Shown here in pieces: positions 1 to 10,229 of a DNA stretch of 24,000 nucleotides. The stretch is from sequence record MZ188976.1. The stretch is one strand, 5' to 3'. This DNA is from Cronobacter phage JK004. The position numbers and the translations under genes are program-made. The notes beneath the pieces were generated by a model. The model worked only from the letters and a program-made list of their open reading frames with translations. It ran no database searches and had not been told where the DNA came from. Positions within the stretch are counted from its first letter, which is position 1. Every line of letters begins with the position of its first letter.

Positions 1-200
1 ATAATGACCTGCTCGTAGTGTTCCTGATTGCCTTTGCGGAGATCGGGATTTTTGGCCAGCGCGGCCAGCGCTACGGCGTGGGGAGAAGGCTCCTTAACCG
101 GAGCCAGAGCCAGAAAGGGATCGGCTTTATTCTTGCGCTTTTTCCCGGCCGTGCGGGAAGCGCTAAATGCTTTAAACTCGTCTTCGGTGAATCGGAGCAT
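1..200 (-). CDS. N-terminal part of a CDS running off the left edge; possibly a VRR-NUC-type nuclease
   Basis: Manual translation from ATG at 200-198: MLRFTEDEFKAFSASRTAGKKRKNKADPFLALAPVKEPSPHAVALAALAKNPDLRKGNQEHYEQVI.... The 'EHYEQV' ending resembles the start of VRR-NUC domains. Starts 3 nt after the upstream ORF stop. Confidence 0.4.
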   Translation of the reverse strand, partial: MLRFTEDEFKAFSASRTAGKKRKNKADPFLALAPVKEPSPHAVALAALAKNPDLRKGNQEHYEQVI

Positions 201-203
201 GGC

Positions 204-449
204 TTACTCCAGATCCGACGGGTGACGCCCGTATTTGCGCGCTTGCGCGGCTTGCTCTTCGCGATGCCAGGCCGCGCACTCAGCATCACAATAGATGCCG
301 GTACCGATCGGCTCCTCGCAATAATGGCATTTGCCTGTATACGTCCGGCTGTTGGCCCGAGCCTGCTGGCGAATGCCCTGGATAGACAACTCTTTGATTG
401 TCTCCTCCAGATTGGCACTCAGATCGACTTCATCCGCATAATTCGACAT
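204..449 (-). CDS. 81-aa protein with a Cys-rich (zinc-ribbon/treble-clef-like) motif CHYC-x10-C-x3-C
   Basis: ORF MSNYADEVDLSANLEETIKEL...GKCHYCEEPIGTGIYCDAECAAWHREEQAAQARK...; tightly coupled to neighbours on the minus strand. Confidence 0.65.
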   Translation of the reverse strand: MSNYADEVDLSANLEETIKELSIQGIRQQARANSRTYTGKCHYCEEPIGTGIYCDAECAAWHREEQAAQARKYGRHPSDLE

Positions 450-611
450 TTAACGCCCTCCCTGGCGCAGGTTGCGCGCAGCCCGCAGGCTGGCCATTGG
501 ATCAAAGGTATTGCCGTTATCTTTCGGCGCTTTCAGCTTCTTCCCGCGACGCTGGCGGTTGTAGTCCCGCGAAAAGTTAGCGTCACGATCTGGAATGTCC
601 CAAACACGCAT
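450..611 (-). CDS. 53-aa basic hypothetical protein, below the ORF-track cutoff
   Basis: Manual translation: MRVWDIPDRDANFSRDYNRQRRGKKLKAPKDNGNTFDPMASLRAARNLRQGGR*. Stop abuts the ATG of the 81-aa ORF. Confidence 0.5.
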   Translation of the reverse strand: MRVWDIPDRDANFSRDYNRQRRGKKLKAPKDNGNTFDPMASLRAARNLRQGGR

Positions 612-644
612 ACTCTATATCTCGTTCGTTGTGGCGATAGGATT

Positions 645-670
645 AAAAAAACGCCAATAATTGGCGTTTT
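645..670. terminator. Bidirectional rho-independent terminator-like inverted repeat
   Basis: AAAACGCCAAT-A-ATTGGCGTTTT: perfect 11-bp inverted repeat flanked by A/T tracts. Confidence 0.6.
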
Positions 671-672
671 AG

Positions 673-689
673 ACATTCATTAGAGCAAT
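673..689 (-). promoter_or_regulatory. C1-repressor operator-like site
   Basis: Minus strand ATTGCTCTAATGAATGT, 15/17 to the P1 C1 operator consensus ATTGCTCTAATAAATTT. Confidence 0.65.
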
Positions 690-690
690 A

Positions 691-849
691 CTAACCGATG
701 TTTTTAGCGTGTTCGTAGAGCTGCACCAGGAAGTACATGACTGTGAATGTAACGCAGAAGGCCTGGAGGCAAAACAATGCTACTTTGCCAAAGGTGGGCT
801 TATCGGAGGTTGTGCGCGCGGTTTGACGCGGCATAGCGAAGTCTTTCAT
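691..849 (-). CDS. Small single-TM membrane protein (about 52-61 aa)
   Basis: MKDFAMPRQTARTTSDKPTFGKVALFCLQAFCVTFTVMYFLVQLYEHAKNIG; the ORF track extends the start to 876; one hydrophobic helix. Confidence 0.5.
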   Translation of the reverse strand: MKDFAMPRQTARTTSDKPTFGKVALFCLQAFCVTFTVMYFLVQLYEHAKNIG

Positions 850-930
850 GGTCTGATTCCTTTGATTGATTGGCATTGGCCGCTAATGCGTGCGGCCACG
901 ACCAAAATATATCAGACCATTTAAAAAATA

Positions 931-947
931 CAATTTATTAGAACAAA
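931..947 (-). promoter_or_regulatory. C1-repressor operator-like site
   Basis: Minus strand TTTGTTCTAATAAATTG, 14/17 to ATTGCTCTAATAAATTT; between the Lxc-like ORF and the small membrane protein. Confidence 0.5.
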
Positions 948-948
948 T

Positions 949-1200
949 TTATTCATCAGCCAAAAGCAGTAGCGCGTTATCCTTGATGATCTGGCCCCAC
1001 TGCTCATGGCTACGCTCACGGATCGCCTGGGGTATAGAATTATCGTTGAAATCAATAATTGTCCGCCATTCGCCATCTGCACGCCGCAGCTGGAATCCCC
1101 GGTTGAGGCCTACCCGGCGAACCTCCACACCAAACGGGTCGGCATACTCCTGTAAAGTTCGTAACGTCCCATGCTTCACTTCGTGATAGCGTTTTTTCAC
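949..1200 (-). CDS. lxc: Lxc-like modulator of C1 repressor function, 83 aa
   Basis: Size and position just beyond ulx/darB match P1 lxc; MKKRYHEVKHGTLRTLQEYADPFGVEVRRVGLNRGFQLRR.... Confidence 0.55.
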   Translation of the reverse strand: MKKRYHEVKHGTLRTLQEYADPFGVEVRRVGLNRGFQLRRADGEWRTIIDFNDNSIPQAIRERSHEQWGQIIKDNALLLLADE

Positions 1201-1637
1201 CTCTTCCCCTCCCCACGTAATAAAATTTCAACTTCCATATCGCACGACTCAAACGGGTAATCCTGATCATCAACTTCCGGCGCGACCGGCAGCAGATGCC
1301 AGGCCGAATAAATCTGACCATTATCAAACCGCTCTTGACTGTATAGCGTAGCAGCCAGAAGCGTTAAGGCCGGGCGATCAAACTTGTAAATCTTGCGAAT
1401 GTCACGGTCAATAAGGCGGCCAAAGTTACCATAGCCGCGCTCCAGCAGCAGAGACTTAATCTCGGGCCAATAAGGCCCATAGCTGCGATAAAGGCGCGGG
1501 TTTTTCAGCAGGCGTCCGCGTAACCCCTTCAGGAAGAAATCGACATACTGCTCCTCGGTTTTGCCCAAAAGCGCGGTGCGCAGCAGTCCTTCCAGATAGG
1601 TTTTGTTCGGCTTGATTGTATCAGATAGCGTTGCCAT
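1197..1637 (-). CDS. ulx: Ulx-like (upstream of lxc) hypothetical protein, 146 aa
   Basis: Overlaps the lxc-like start by 4 nt; position between darB and lxc as in P1. Confidence 0.5.
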   Translation of the reverse strand: MATLSDTIKPNKTYLEGLLRTALLGKTEEQYVDFFLKGLRGRLLKNPRLYRSYGPYWPEIKSLLLERGYGNFGRLIDRDIRKIYKFDRPALTLLAATLYSQERFDNGQIYSAWHLLPVAPEVDDQDYPFESCDMEVEILLRGEGKR

Positions 1638-1670
1638 ACGGTTATTCGCCCGGCTCCGCCGGGCGCTCCT

Positions 1671-4600
1671 TTATGCGTATTGGTTAATGACGGCCAGTAC
1701 GTCTGCCGCATTGTGTTTCGTCTCAATAATCCACCAGTTGCCGGGGAAGTCGCTGTTTTTTGCTTTCGCCGGAAGCCAGCGCGCGCCAAACTTCTCTTTC
1801 AGCTCGTCTTTGGCGCGGAACAGCACGCCCTTCTGGCCAGAGGCCTCCTGAAGACCAAACACCTCGCCAGCGGCAAACTTCGGCGCATACATCATTTTGA
1901 GATCGGCGGTCGATACGCGGTAGTTGAGCCCCAGCGCCTGCGCGGTGCTGGTGGCATCGCCCTGTCCGGCGGCGATCTCTTCCTGCTGTGCGTTGCGCGC
2001 GGCGATCTCCTCTTCGGTGATGTTGCCCAGCGCCAGGTTGATGCGGTCGGCATCTTCCGCTTTCTGCTCGTCAGTGCGCGCCCGCAGCCCATCAGCCACG
2101 CGGGTCAGCACATCAAGATAGTTCTTCCGGGCGCTAAGCAGGGTCGGCGTAATCTCGTTCAGGTCCACCAGCTTCAGAATTGCCAGGTCGGCGAACATGG
2201 AAACCAGATTATACGTCGGGTGATTGGTGGTCATGCCATATGCTGTGGGCATCTGCATAGAGCCGTTCTGGTATGCGACCATGAATTTAGCGCCGTTATT
2301 AACTACCTCAGCGATTGCAGGAGTAATTTTGCCTGTTGCCACTGCGCCTTTGATGGCTGTCACCCAGGACTGCGCCAGCACTTCAACCGCATGATCAAGA
2401 TTGGCCTTGCGTTCAGCGGCAATGCGCGCGTTAGCGGCATCCATCGCGACCTTAATCTCCGCCTTGTTGCTGTAGACGCTGATCGCGCCAAACTCTGACG
2501 TACCCAGCTCGTAAGAGGACGCACGGAACGGATAGCTGTTGAAGATGGCATTGGCCACCTCTACCTCGGAATCGCCGTTACGCGTAGAGCCTTCCGGGGA
2601 TGTCGCCGGAAGCTTGGCAATTTCGGCCGCGATACGTTCTTGAATATCTTCAGGAGAAAGTGACTCGCCATAGGAAGAGATCACGTCACGGTAATCACTG
2701 CCAAACAGCTCGATCAAAAAGGCCTCGGCGCTGTTAATTTTGTAGGTCTGCCCAGCGGCCATAAAGCCCAGCGCCCACTTCGCGATCGCTGACTTCAGCG
2801 CGCCATCGGTACGGTCGGGATAGACAGCGTTCTGCACAGTGTCGGAGCTGCTCACAAACTCCATCGCGTAGCCCTGATCTGTGGTCTGCATTGCGTAAGA
2901 GTCGGTAATTTTCAGCATGCCACGCTGCTGGAAGCGGTAGAAGTCGTCGCGGGCGATCAGAGAGTTTATGCCAGCAATAGACACGCCTCCGCTGATTTTA
3001 CCCATAACGGCGGCCTCATCCGGGGTAACGTCAACCTGCTGTTGCAGCAACTTAACCGGCCAGGAGCTTGATTTGCTGCCCTTACTGGAGAATACCACCT
3101 CAACATCCGCGCGCTGGGTGTCGAAATCCAGTGCTTTGATGCGAACGATGTCGCCGTTGTTCTCGTAATACTGCCCTACGCGCCAGGATTTATCGTTGAT
3201 CACCAGGAAGTCTTTGGCGTGGTTGATCAGGTCAGGATCCGCGTTGACCAGGCCTTTAGTGATCGCGTCTTCCACCAGCGGGCGCAGGCGCTTAATGTCG
3301 GTTGAGGCCTTTTTCGTGCGCGCCAGCAGCTTCTCACGCTGGCTGATAGCGCTGGTGAGGTCGGCTTTACGGCGAATCGCTGCTTTAAGCGAATTGCGGT
3401 ATTGAGACAGCAGGAGACGATCGCTGCTGTAAACACTGCCCCAGCGCGCCTTCCATTCTTCATTTTCTGCCGCTTTGGCCAGCACCAGCTGACGGTAGCG
3501 CGCGACCTCTGCGGTTGCCTCTTCCAGCTCGGTCTTGTTGCTTTCCAGCTGCGCGCTCAGCGCTTCCACATCTTCGCCGGCGGCGTGCTGCGCTTTGATG
3601 TAGTTTTGCAGATCGACGGTGGCCTGTTCTTTCTGGCGGGCCAGCTGCGCCGCCTTCGCCTTATCCATCTGTACCTGCATCATCGCAAGGCGTTCCCCGT
3701 CATCTTTGGCGGTGTACATCTGCATTTCGATCATGTCGTTGGCATCGGCGTTTTCCATCTCCGATTTATCAGAGCGAAGAATATCGGAGATCCAGCCCGC
3801 TTTGCGCTTCAGCGTCTTCAGGCGGTACTCGTCAAAAGAGCCTTTGCCGCAGTAGTAGTGGACACGCACGCTGGCGCGGTTGGAGCCCACACGGGCGCCG
3901 CGTCCGTTACGCTGTGCAATGCTCGCCGGGGTCCACGGCAGGGTGAGGTGATGAATATCCGTCGTGCCGCGATGCAGGTTAATCCCTACCTCCGCTTTTT
4001 TGTTGCAGATAATGATCGGGGTGCGGCCCTCCTGGAAGTCGGCAGCGATTTTCTCCAGCCCGCCCAGCGACATCTCGTTTTGCTGCGCGATATACGCGTC
4101 ATAGAGCGCCATCTGCTCATTGTATTTCGCCAGCTGCGCCTCGGTCGGTTCGTCCGGAAGGTCTTTCGGCGGCTTAACTGCTTTCAGCTTCTTACCGGAT
4201 TTTCCAGCGTCGGCGACGGTCTGCGCATTGAGGATGCCAACCTGCGAAGCGTCGATATTCAGCGCGTTGCAGATAATGCGCTTCAGCTTCTGGTGCTGCG
4301 TTTTTTCGTCAGTGAAGATGATCTGCTTACCTTCCGGGAAAAACTCTTTCAGCGTGGCGATCAGCTTCGCGTATTTCGGCGTTACCGGGTGCGTTACGGT
4401 GCGCTCGTCTATGCCGAACTTCGCCAGGCGCTTATTCACTTCCGGCTCGAAGGCCTCCGGCACCTGAAGCTGGATGAAGTCGCCTTTGTCGATAAGCGAA
4501 TATTGCGCCTGCTGCGTCACCGACTCATCGCTATCGTCATCTTCGCTGGTGGCCTGTTTTGGCAGGCTGTCAGCCAGCTGCTGCACCGCGTCGGCGTACT

Positions 4601-7600
4601 CCGGCAGGAAACGATAGGTGATCCGGCGGTGGTACAGGTCCATATCCGTACAAACGCGGTCCATATCGCGGATGATGGAGAAGATCGGACGTGCTTTCTC
4701 CTGCGTGGTCGTGCCGTCCTCCTGCACGATGGTAGCTATGCCGTTATCGGCGTTGGCGGCAGCTTCGGCCTGTTTGCGCAGCTCCTCATAAGCGTCCAGC
4801 TGCTCGGCGGTCAGCGGCGCATCCTGCTGGCGTTCATCCAGCTCCGGGATCTCTACGGTGTCTTTGACGTCTTCCGCCGTTTTCAGCGTCGTCCAGCGGT
4901 GGAAAATGCCGCGCAGCGCATCGAGGTTTTCAAAGCCCACCAGCGCCATCTTTTCTTCAACTTCGCCACTGATTTTCTGGACCGTTTCCAGGCGGGTTTT
5001 GCCGAAGAATTTAACGAAGTCGTCAGGTCCGAAGATGCCCATTTTCTGCCAGAACTCTTTAGGCAGAACGTGAGAAAGCATGTTGTAGGCGTCGATCGGG
5101 GTGTTCACTACCGGCGTGGCGGTCAGCAGAACCGGCCCACGGCCGCCGTTCTTCTTCATCAGGTAGGCGTTTTTGATCGCCATGTCGCGCGCTGACTGCG
5201 CAACGGCGCTGGTCGGCAGGTACGCCAGCTGGGAGGCCTCGCGGCCATTTTTGTAGCTGTTGCGGTAGTTGTGCCCCTCGTCGGCGATCACACTGTCAAA
5301 GCCCATGTCCTCAAAGTACGGGTATTTCTCCGCCTTCTCGGTACCGGTATCTGAATACTCGGAAAGTACGCGCCGGCGCGCTGCTTCTTTGCGGTGAGAG
5401 TCGGACTCCATCGCGCTGGCCACACGCCCGGCCGCCACAAAGTCAAACAGCATATCTTCAGCATGTTCGTCTACGGTTTCGTTACGCAGCGGGATACGGG
5501 CATACTGCTCTTTGGTGAACACCACGGCGCGGTAGTTGGAGTGCGGGATCGCGTTCATGCGTGCCGTAATCGTCGCTTCGTCTGCCAGCTTCAGGCCATC
5601 ACGCATTACCGGCGTGCCGTCGTCATTCATCACCTGCTTGCCGTTCTCATCGAGTACCGGCACCTGGCGGATCTGGTCGCCATCCATCAGCACATCCAGA
5701 CCGACAAAGAGGTAATTACTGAATGCCTGCTCGCTCAGGAACTCTTTCGCCTCGTAATACCAGTTTTCCAGGACGGACTTCGGTACCACGTACGCGGTGC
5801 GGGTAGAGCGGCCATTTTCAAAGTTGAATGCCTCCAGCGCCAGCGCGGTAGTGGTTTTGCCGAGTCCGGTACCGAAGCCCAGGATGCCACGCCCGTCTTC
5901 AGAGAGACGGCGAACCTCACTATTCTGGTAGTCAAATGGGTTACGGCGGCCGCTGATACCGGTCAGGCCCAGGGAATCCCCGGAATGCTCATACGGGATG
6001 TTGCTGTTGAAAACGTCGTTATATTTGGCTACCAGCTCGTCGTAGCGATCGTGGGTTTTGATCCACTTGTTAAACTGGTCCTCCAGCAGCGCCGCCTGTT
6101 CACGATAGCCGTTCGCCGTCGCGCCATCCTTGCCGCCGATGCGCGCACCGTTGAGGTACTTTTCCAGCTGCGCGGGGAAGCCAGTAGCGTTGTCGCCGGA
6201 CTTTTTATCCCACTCATAGCGGATCTCGCCGCTTTCCTTGTCCTTGCGCTGCACCACGCCGTAGCGGTGGCCAACAAAGAGGCCGTCGCCGCCGTGATAG
6301 GTTTCGGAAACCATCTCATCGCCTTCCAGCTGCACCGACTGGACGTAGCGCAGATCCGGATAGCCATTCTCCTGCAAAAACTCCAGGATAACGGAGCGGT
6401 CAAACCAGCGGCTGTTGAGCTTGAAGCGGATGCTTTCGGCAGGGGTTTTAACGCGCTTCTCTTCGATGGCCGCCAGCTGGTTGAGGACATTGTTTTTTAC
6501 TGCCCCGTCCGGCAGCTGCGCGAGAAAGGCCTGCTTGGGCGCGATGATTTCATTCAGATCGCCGCTGGTAGCGCGTGCGAACGGCACAATGCCGCCGTAC
6601 GGTGAAACGGCGATGCCCGGCGTGTTGGCCAGCAGATCCAGTAGCTCCTCATCGCTGGCAGGGAGATCGCCGGTAAAGGCCTGGCGGAAGTCGGCCAGCT
6701 GGATGGGGTCACGGGTGAGATCGCTGTACAGGTAGCGCAGCGTGTCTTGATGGCTGGTGGAGTCGTAGCTGGCGCTGGCGTCATGCGTTACCAGCTTGCC
6801 GGTCAGCTCATCGGAGATCGTGCCGTCGAGCTTAATCGCGCCACGGAAGGCAAACCATGCGCGCGCGCCAGAGCCGGAAAGCTTCGCGATCGGGCCACGA
6901 CCCGGATTCCCGTAACGGTCAATTTCGGCCTGAATTTTGGCCACCAGCGATAAGCGGCGCTGCTCAATGTCGTATTCGCTGTGACCTGCGGCCTTCATAT
7001 CCTGATATTCAATCAGCATGCGGCCAATCATCGCGCCACGATAGAGGCGATCGCGGTATTTCTCCGGCTGGCTGTTAATCCAGTCCACCAGCTGCACCAT
7101 GTCATCGCTCATCGAGCTGGTGTACTGCTGGCGAACATTGGCCATCTGGTCAAAGGTCATCGCTAGGCGGCCTTCGGCGGTGGTCAGGTTGCGCTGAAGC
7201 GCTTCCCAGCTATCAGCACCAAATCGCGCGTTGTCGATCACCAGCTCTTTACCGGCGTCCGCCTCAATCCAGCGGCCGCCAACGAAGGAATGCCAGACGC
7301 CATTAATCAGACGCGGCTCCCCGTCATCAATGACGTCAGCGGTCGGCGAAGGCTCGTCAATGTCCAGCATTGACCAGTCGATTCGGCTGTCAAAACGGTG
7401 AATCAGCTTGGCCTTCAGCGCCTGGTTATCGATCTGGCCATCGGCGCGTACTTCAATGCGGCCCTGAAAACCTTTTTCCTGTGTGCCGTGAACGAACCGA
7501 CGCCCGTCGCGCTCAAACCATTTGCCCGTGATGAAGGTAGGCCAAAGGACGTTTGCCGCCTCCAGCGTGCTTTCTTCCGCCTGGGCGACTCTTTCCGCCA

Positions 7601-8435
7601 TTTCTTTCGGGTGCTTGCGCATCAGTACGACGTCAACAACGGTACTGGTGCCGTTGGCGTCAAATGTGCCGGTCGGCAGACGGTGCGCGCCCAAAAATTC
7701 AGCTTTGCGGGAAAGGCGCAGGCGCAGCCGCTTCATGTTGGTACCGGATACGATGGACGGCGGCACGATTACGCACATGAAACCGCCCGGCTTAATCTTG
7801 TCCAGCATGCGCAGCATGAAATAAGAGCCCATATCGGTTTCTTCCGCATAGGGTTTATCCAGGTTGCGCGTGTTATCGCGGCCGCCAAACGGCACGTTGC
7901 CAACAACATGGTCGAACGTGTCATTCGGGGTGGTTGATGCCAGCTGCTCGAAGGGGCTGATCTGCACGCTATCTTCAGGGTGAAGCAGCTGATTGATGCG
8001 ACCGGAAACCGGGCTGATTTCCGTGGCGGTCATCATTGTTCCCGCCGGTTTCGTTTCGTTGAAAACGCCGGTGCCCGCCGACGGCTCCAGGGTGTTACCG
8101 ACGTCGGCCCCGTAGAGCTTCATGATCTCCCACACACCTTCTGCCACTGGTTTCGGTGTGTAGTATTCAGAGACGGAACCACCGATCCCACCTTCGCCAG
8201 TGTATCCGGCCAGCGTCTGGCGCTGTTCATCCGTTAATTCTGCCCCGTCTGCCAGGCTGTTTAGCAGGTCAACGGCCCGTTCGTTAGCCTCGCGGCGCAG
8301 ACGGTCAAAGCTTTTGCCTTCGACCTTTTCAACGCCGAAAGGCACCTGTTTCCGGCGACTGGTTATTGCTCTAATAAATCTGACAATATCGCCGATGCTT
8401 TTGCAGGAAAAAACCCCGCCTGTAATGTCCACCAT
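1671..8435 (-). CDS. darB: DarB-like defence-against-restriction polyvalent protein (N6-methyltransferase plus SNF2-type helicase), 2254 aa
   Basis: MTase motifs LEPSAGTG and NVPFGG; helicase motifs GFGTGLGKTT, DEGHNYRN, LLTATPVVNTP; near-identical length to P1 DarB; SD AAGGA upstream of ATG. Confidence 0.93.
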   Translation of the reverse strand: MVDITGGVFSCKSIGDIVRFIRAITSRRKQVPFGVEKVEGKSFDRLRREANERAVDLLNSLADGAELTDEQRQTLAGYTGEGGIGGSVSEYYTPKPVAEGVWEIMKLYGADVGNTLEPSAGTGVFNETKPAGTMMTATEISPVSGRINQLLHPEDSVQISPFEQLASTTPNDTFDHVVGNVPFGGRDNTRNLDKPYAEETDMGSYFMLRMLDKIKPGGFMCVIVPPSIVSGTNMKRLRLRLSRKAEFLGAHRLPTGTFDANGTSTVVDVVLMRKHPKEMAERVAQAEESTLEAANVLWPTFITGKWFERDGRRFVHGTQEKGFQGRIEVRADGQIDNQALKAKLIHRFDSRIDWSMLDIDEPSPTADVIDDGEPRLINGVWHSFVGGRWIEADAGKELVIDNARFGADSWEALQRNLTTAEGRLAMTFDQMANVRQQYTSSMSDDMVQLVDWINSQPEKYRDRLYRGAMIGRMLIEYQDMKAAGHSEYDIEQRRLSLVAKIQAEIDRYGNPGRGPIAKLSGSGARAWFAFRGAIKLDGTISDELTGKLVTHDASASYDSTSHQDTLRYLYSDLTRDPIQLADFRQAFTGDLPASDEELLDLLANTPGIAVSPYGGIVPFARATSGDLNEIIAPKQAFLAQLPDGAVKNNVLNQLAAIEEKRVKTPAESIRFKLNSRWFDRSVILEFLQENGYPDLRYVQSVQLEGDEMVSETYHGGDGLFVGHRYGVVQRKDKESGEIRYEWDKKSGDNATGFPAQLEKYLNGARIGGKDGATANGYREQAALLEDQFNKWIKTHDRYDELVAKYNDVFNSNIPYEHSGDSLGLTGISGRRNPFDYQNSEVRRLSEDGRGILGFGTGLGKTTTALALEAFNFENGRSTRTAYVVPKSVLENWYYEAKEFLSEQAFSNYLFVGLDVLMDGDQIRQVPVLDENGKQVMNDDGTPVMRDGLKLADEATITARMNAIPHSNYRAVVFTKEQYARIPLRNETVDEHAEDMLFDFVAAGRVASAMESDSHRKEAARRRVLSEYSDTGTEKAEKYPYFEDMGFDSVIADEGHNYRNSYKNGREASQLAYLPTSAVAQSARDMAIKNAYLMKKNGGRGPVLLTATPVVNTPIDAYNMLSHVLPKEFWQKMGIFGPDDFVKFFGKTRLETVQKISGEVEEKMALVGFENLDALRGIFHRWTTLKTAEDVKDTVEIPELDERQQDAPLTAEQLDAYEELRKQAEAAANADNGIATIVQEDGTTTQEKARPIFSIIRDMDRVCTDMDLYHRRITYRFLPEYADAVQQLADSLPKQATSEDDDSDESVTQQAQYSLIDKGDFIQLQVPEAFEPEVNKRLAKFGIDERTVTHPVTPKYAKLIATLKEFFPEGKQIIFTDEKTQHQKLKRIICNALNIDASQVGILNAQTVADAGKSGKKLKAVKPPKDLPDEPTEAQLAKYNEQMALYDAYIAQQNEMSLGGLEKIAADFQEGRTPIIICNKKAEVGINLHRGTTDIHHLTLPWTPASIAQRNGRGARVGSNRASVRVHYYCGKGSFDEYRLKTLKRKAGWISDILRSDKSEMENADANDMIEMQMYTAKDDGERLAMMQVQMDKAKAAQLARQKEQATVDLQNYIKAQHAAGEDVEALSAQLESNKTELEEATAEVARYRQLVLAKAAENEEWKARWGSVYSSDRLLLSQYRNSLKAAIRRKADLTSAISQREKLLARTKKASTDIKRLRPLVEDAITKGLVNADPDLINHAKDFLVINDKSWRVGQYYENNGDIVRIKALDFDTQRADVEVVFSSKGSKSSSWPVKLLQQQVDVTPDEAAVMGKISGGVSIAGINSLIARDDFYRFQQRGMLKITDSYAMQTTDQGYAMEFVSSSDTVQNAVYPDRTDGALKSAIAKWALGFMAAGQTYKINSAEAFLIELFGSDYRDVISSYGESLSPEDIQERIAAEIAKLPATSPEGSTRNGDSEVEVANAIFNSYPFRASSYELGTSEFGAISVYSNKAEIKVAMDAANARIAAERKANLDHAVEVLAQSWVTAIKGAVATGKITPAIAEVVNNGAKFMVAYQNGSMQMPTAYGMTTNHPTYNLVSMFADLAILKLVDLNEITPTLLSARKNYLDVLTRVADGLRARTDEQKAEDADRINLALGNITEEEIAARNAQQEEIAAGQGDATSTAQALGLNYRVSTADLKMMYAPKFAAGEVFGLQEASGQKGVLFRAKDELKEKFGARWLPAKAKNSDFPGNWWIIETKHNAADVLAVINQYA
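8365..8381 (+). promoter_or_regulatory. C1-repressor operator-like site inside the 5' coding region of darB
   Basis: ATTGCTCTAATAAATCT, 16/17 to ATTGCTCTAATAAATTT. Confidence 0.75.
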
Positions 8436-8477
8436 TAGTGATCCTTCACAAGTGACCAGTGTTAAATTTGCTCAAAA

Positions 8478-10229
8478 TTGATGCGAAATTATTCTAATGA
8501 AGGTGCAATCTTGGCTGACAATAAAATTACCCTGTCCTCTGTCAGGAAAGCGCTGACTGACGTTTTTAAGGACGCGCGCGGCGATCACGACAACATCCTG
8601 TTATCTGCGCTGGCGGTCCAGGGCGGGGGCGGCGGCTATCTCTTTTCTCGTGCGTCTGCGCCGGCAGCGCTGGCAGGCTTCCTTTCGAACAATTCAGGCA
8701 AGGATGACGGGCAATCGTGTGTTGTAGATGGGAGTCGCTATATCTTTGATGAGGCGACGCTTCCGGAGGACCGGTTACAGCGCTATCCGATTCTGGAAGA
8801 AATGTCCGTTTACAGCACCATCGCAACCGCGCTGAATATCCACATCACCCACGCTCTTTCCTACGACAAAAAGACGGGGCAGACCTTCTCGATCTCCCCG
8901 GTGAATAATGGGAACGAGGCGGATTACAAAGAAGCGCAAGCGCTATGCGATCAGCTGATGAACGACATCGGCAAGACCATCAACAAAGAGGTGGCGGGCT
9001 GGGCATACATCATGGCCGTATTCGGCGTGGCGTACATCCGGCCGCACGCTGTTGAGGGGATCGGCATTAAATCGTTCGAATGCTCCTATTACTCCCTGCC
9101 CTACTTCGTAAAAGAGTTTGAGGTGGCTGGCAACCTGGCGGGCTTTAGTGGCGACTATCTGAAAGATGCCACCGGCAAGATGGTGTATGCCGATCCATGG
9201 TCCCTTATTCCGATGAAGATCCCCTACTGGCGCCCGAAAGGAAACCAGATGCCGGTTTATTACGGTACCCGTCCTTATAGCCTGCTCGATGACCCGGAAA
9301 CCCGGATGCCGGTAGAGACGCAAAATTACGGTACCAGCCTGCTCGAATATGCGTACGAGCCCTATATCAATCTGCGCTCGGCGATCCGCTCGCTGAAGGC
9401 CAGCCGCTTTAACGCCTCAAAAATCGACCGCATCATTGGCCTGGCCATGAACAGCCTGGACCCGGTAAAAGCGGCGGACTATTCACGCACGATCTCGCAG
9501 ACCCTGAAGCGCGCCGCTGACCTCATGGAGAAACGCGCGAAAGGGGCCAATAACATGCCGACCGTCACCAATACCCTGCTGCCTATCATGGGCGACGGTA
9601 AGGGCCAGATGACGATCGACACGCAGACCATCCAGGCAGACATTAACGGTATTGAGGACGTTCTGACGTACATGCGCCAGCTGGCCGCCGCGCTGGGCCT
9701 GGATTACACGTTGCTGGGATGGGCTGATCAGATGTCCGGCGGCCTGGGTGAAGGTGGTTTCCTGCGTACAGCGATTCAGGCGGCAATGCGCGCGGCGTGG
9801 ATCCAGCAGGGCGTAGAGGAGTTTATCCAGCGGGCCATAGATATTCACCTGGCCTATAAACACGGAAAGGTTTACCCGGAGGGAGAGCGTCCCTACAAAA
9901 TCGAATTCCACTCCGTGAACACCGCGTTGCAGCAGGAACACAACGATAATCGCGATGCGCAGGCCAACTACGCTACTGTTATCACGCAGATTCTGGATGC
10001 CATCAGCAATAACCCGGTACTGGCCAACTCCGAAGCGTTTAAGCGCTACCTGTACTGCGACATTCTGGAGATCGACGAAAGCACCTCTGATGCGCTGGTG
10101 TCTGAGCTGAAAGCCAAAGGAGACGGCGACGATTCCATGATGGACTCCATCCTTAAAACATCGCCAGAGGACCTGGCGCTAATCCTTGAATCAGTCTTTA
10201 AAGTTAAAGAGGGACAAAACCATGACTGA
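8478..10229 (+). CDS. prt: Portal protein (P1 Prt-like), up to 583 aa; real start may be ATG 8481 or TTG 8511
   Basis: Portal-like sequence, position between darB and pro as in P1. AAGG (8500-8503) lies 7 nt before TTG 8511. Confidence 0.8.
   Translation: MMRNYSNEGAILADNKITLSSVRKALTDVFKDARGDHDNILLSALAVQGGGGGYLFSRASAPAALAGFLSNNSGKDDGQSCVVDGSRYIFDEATLPEDRLQRYPILEEMSVYSTIATALNIHITHALSYDKKTGQTFSISPVNNGNEADYKEAQALCDQLMNDIGKTINKEVAGWAYIMAVFGVAYIRPHAVEGIGIKSFECSYYSLPYFVKEFEVAGNLAGFSGDYLKDATGKMVYADPWSLIPMKIPYWRPKGNQMPVYYGTRPYSLLDDPETRMPVETQNYGTSLLEYAYEPYINLRSAIRSLKASRFNASKIDRIIGLAMNSLDPVKAADYSRTISQTLKRAADLMEKRAKGANNMPTVTNTLLPIMGDGKGQMTIDTQTIQADINGIEDVLTYMRQLAAALGLDYTLLGWADQMSGGLGEGGFLRTAIQAAMRAAWIQQGVEEFIQRAIDIHLAYKHGKVYPEGERPYKIEFHSVNTALQQEHNDNRDAQANYATVITQILDAISNNPVLANSEAFKRYLYCDILEIDESTSDALVSELKAKGDGDDSMMDSILKTSPEDLALILESVFKVKEGQNHD

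Noticed and set aside
1680-2498. 272-aa plus-strand ORF opposite the darB 3' end
   Set aside because: Fully contained in the opposite strand of darB; no supporting motif.
3402-5195. 597-aa plus-strand ORF opposite darB
   Set aside because: Antisense shadow of a GC-rich coding gene with clear helicase motifs on the minus strand; low-complexity translation with no recognisable domain.
5394-6605. 403-aa plus-strand ORF opposite darB
   Set aside because: Same antisense-shadow effect; no start context or family signature.
8484-8506. ATTATTCTAATGAAGGT as a sixth C1 operator
   Set aside because: Only about 12/17 matches and inside the likely prt translation start region; too weak.
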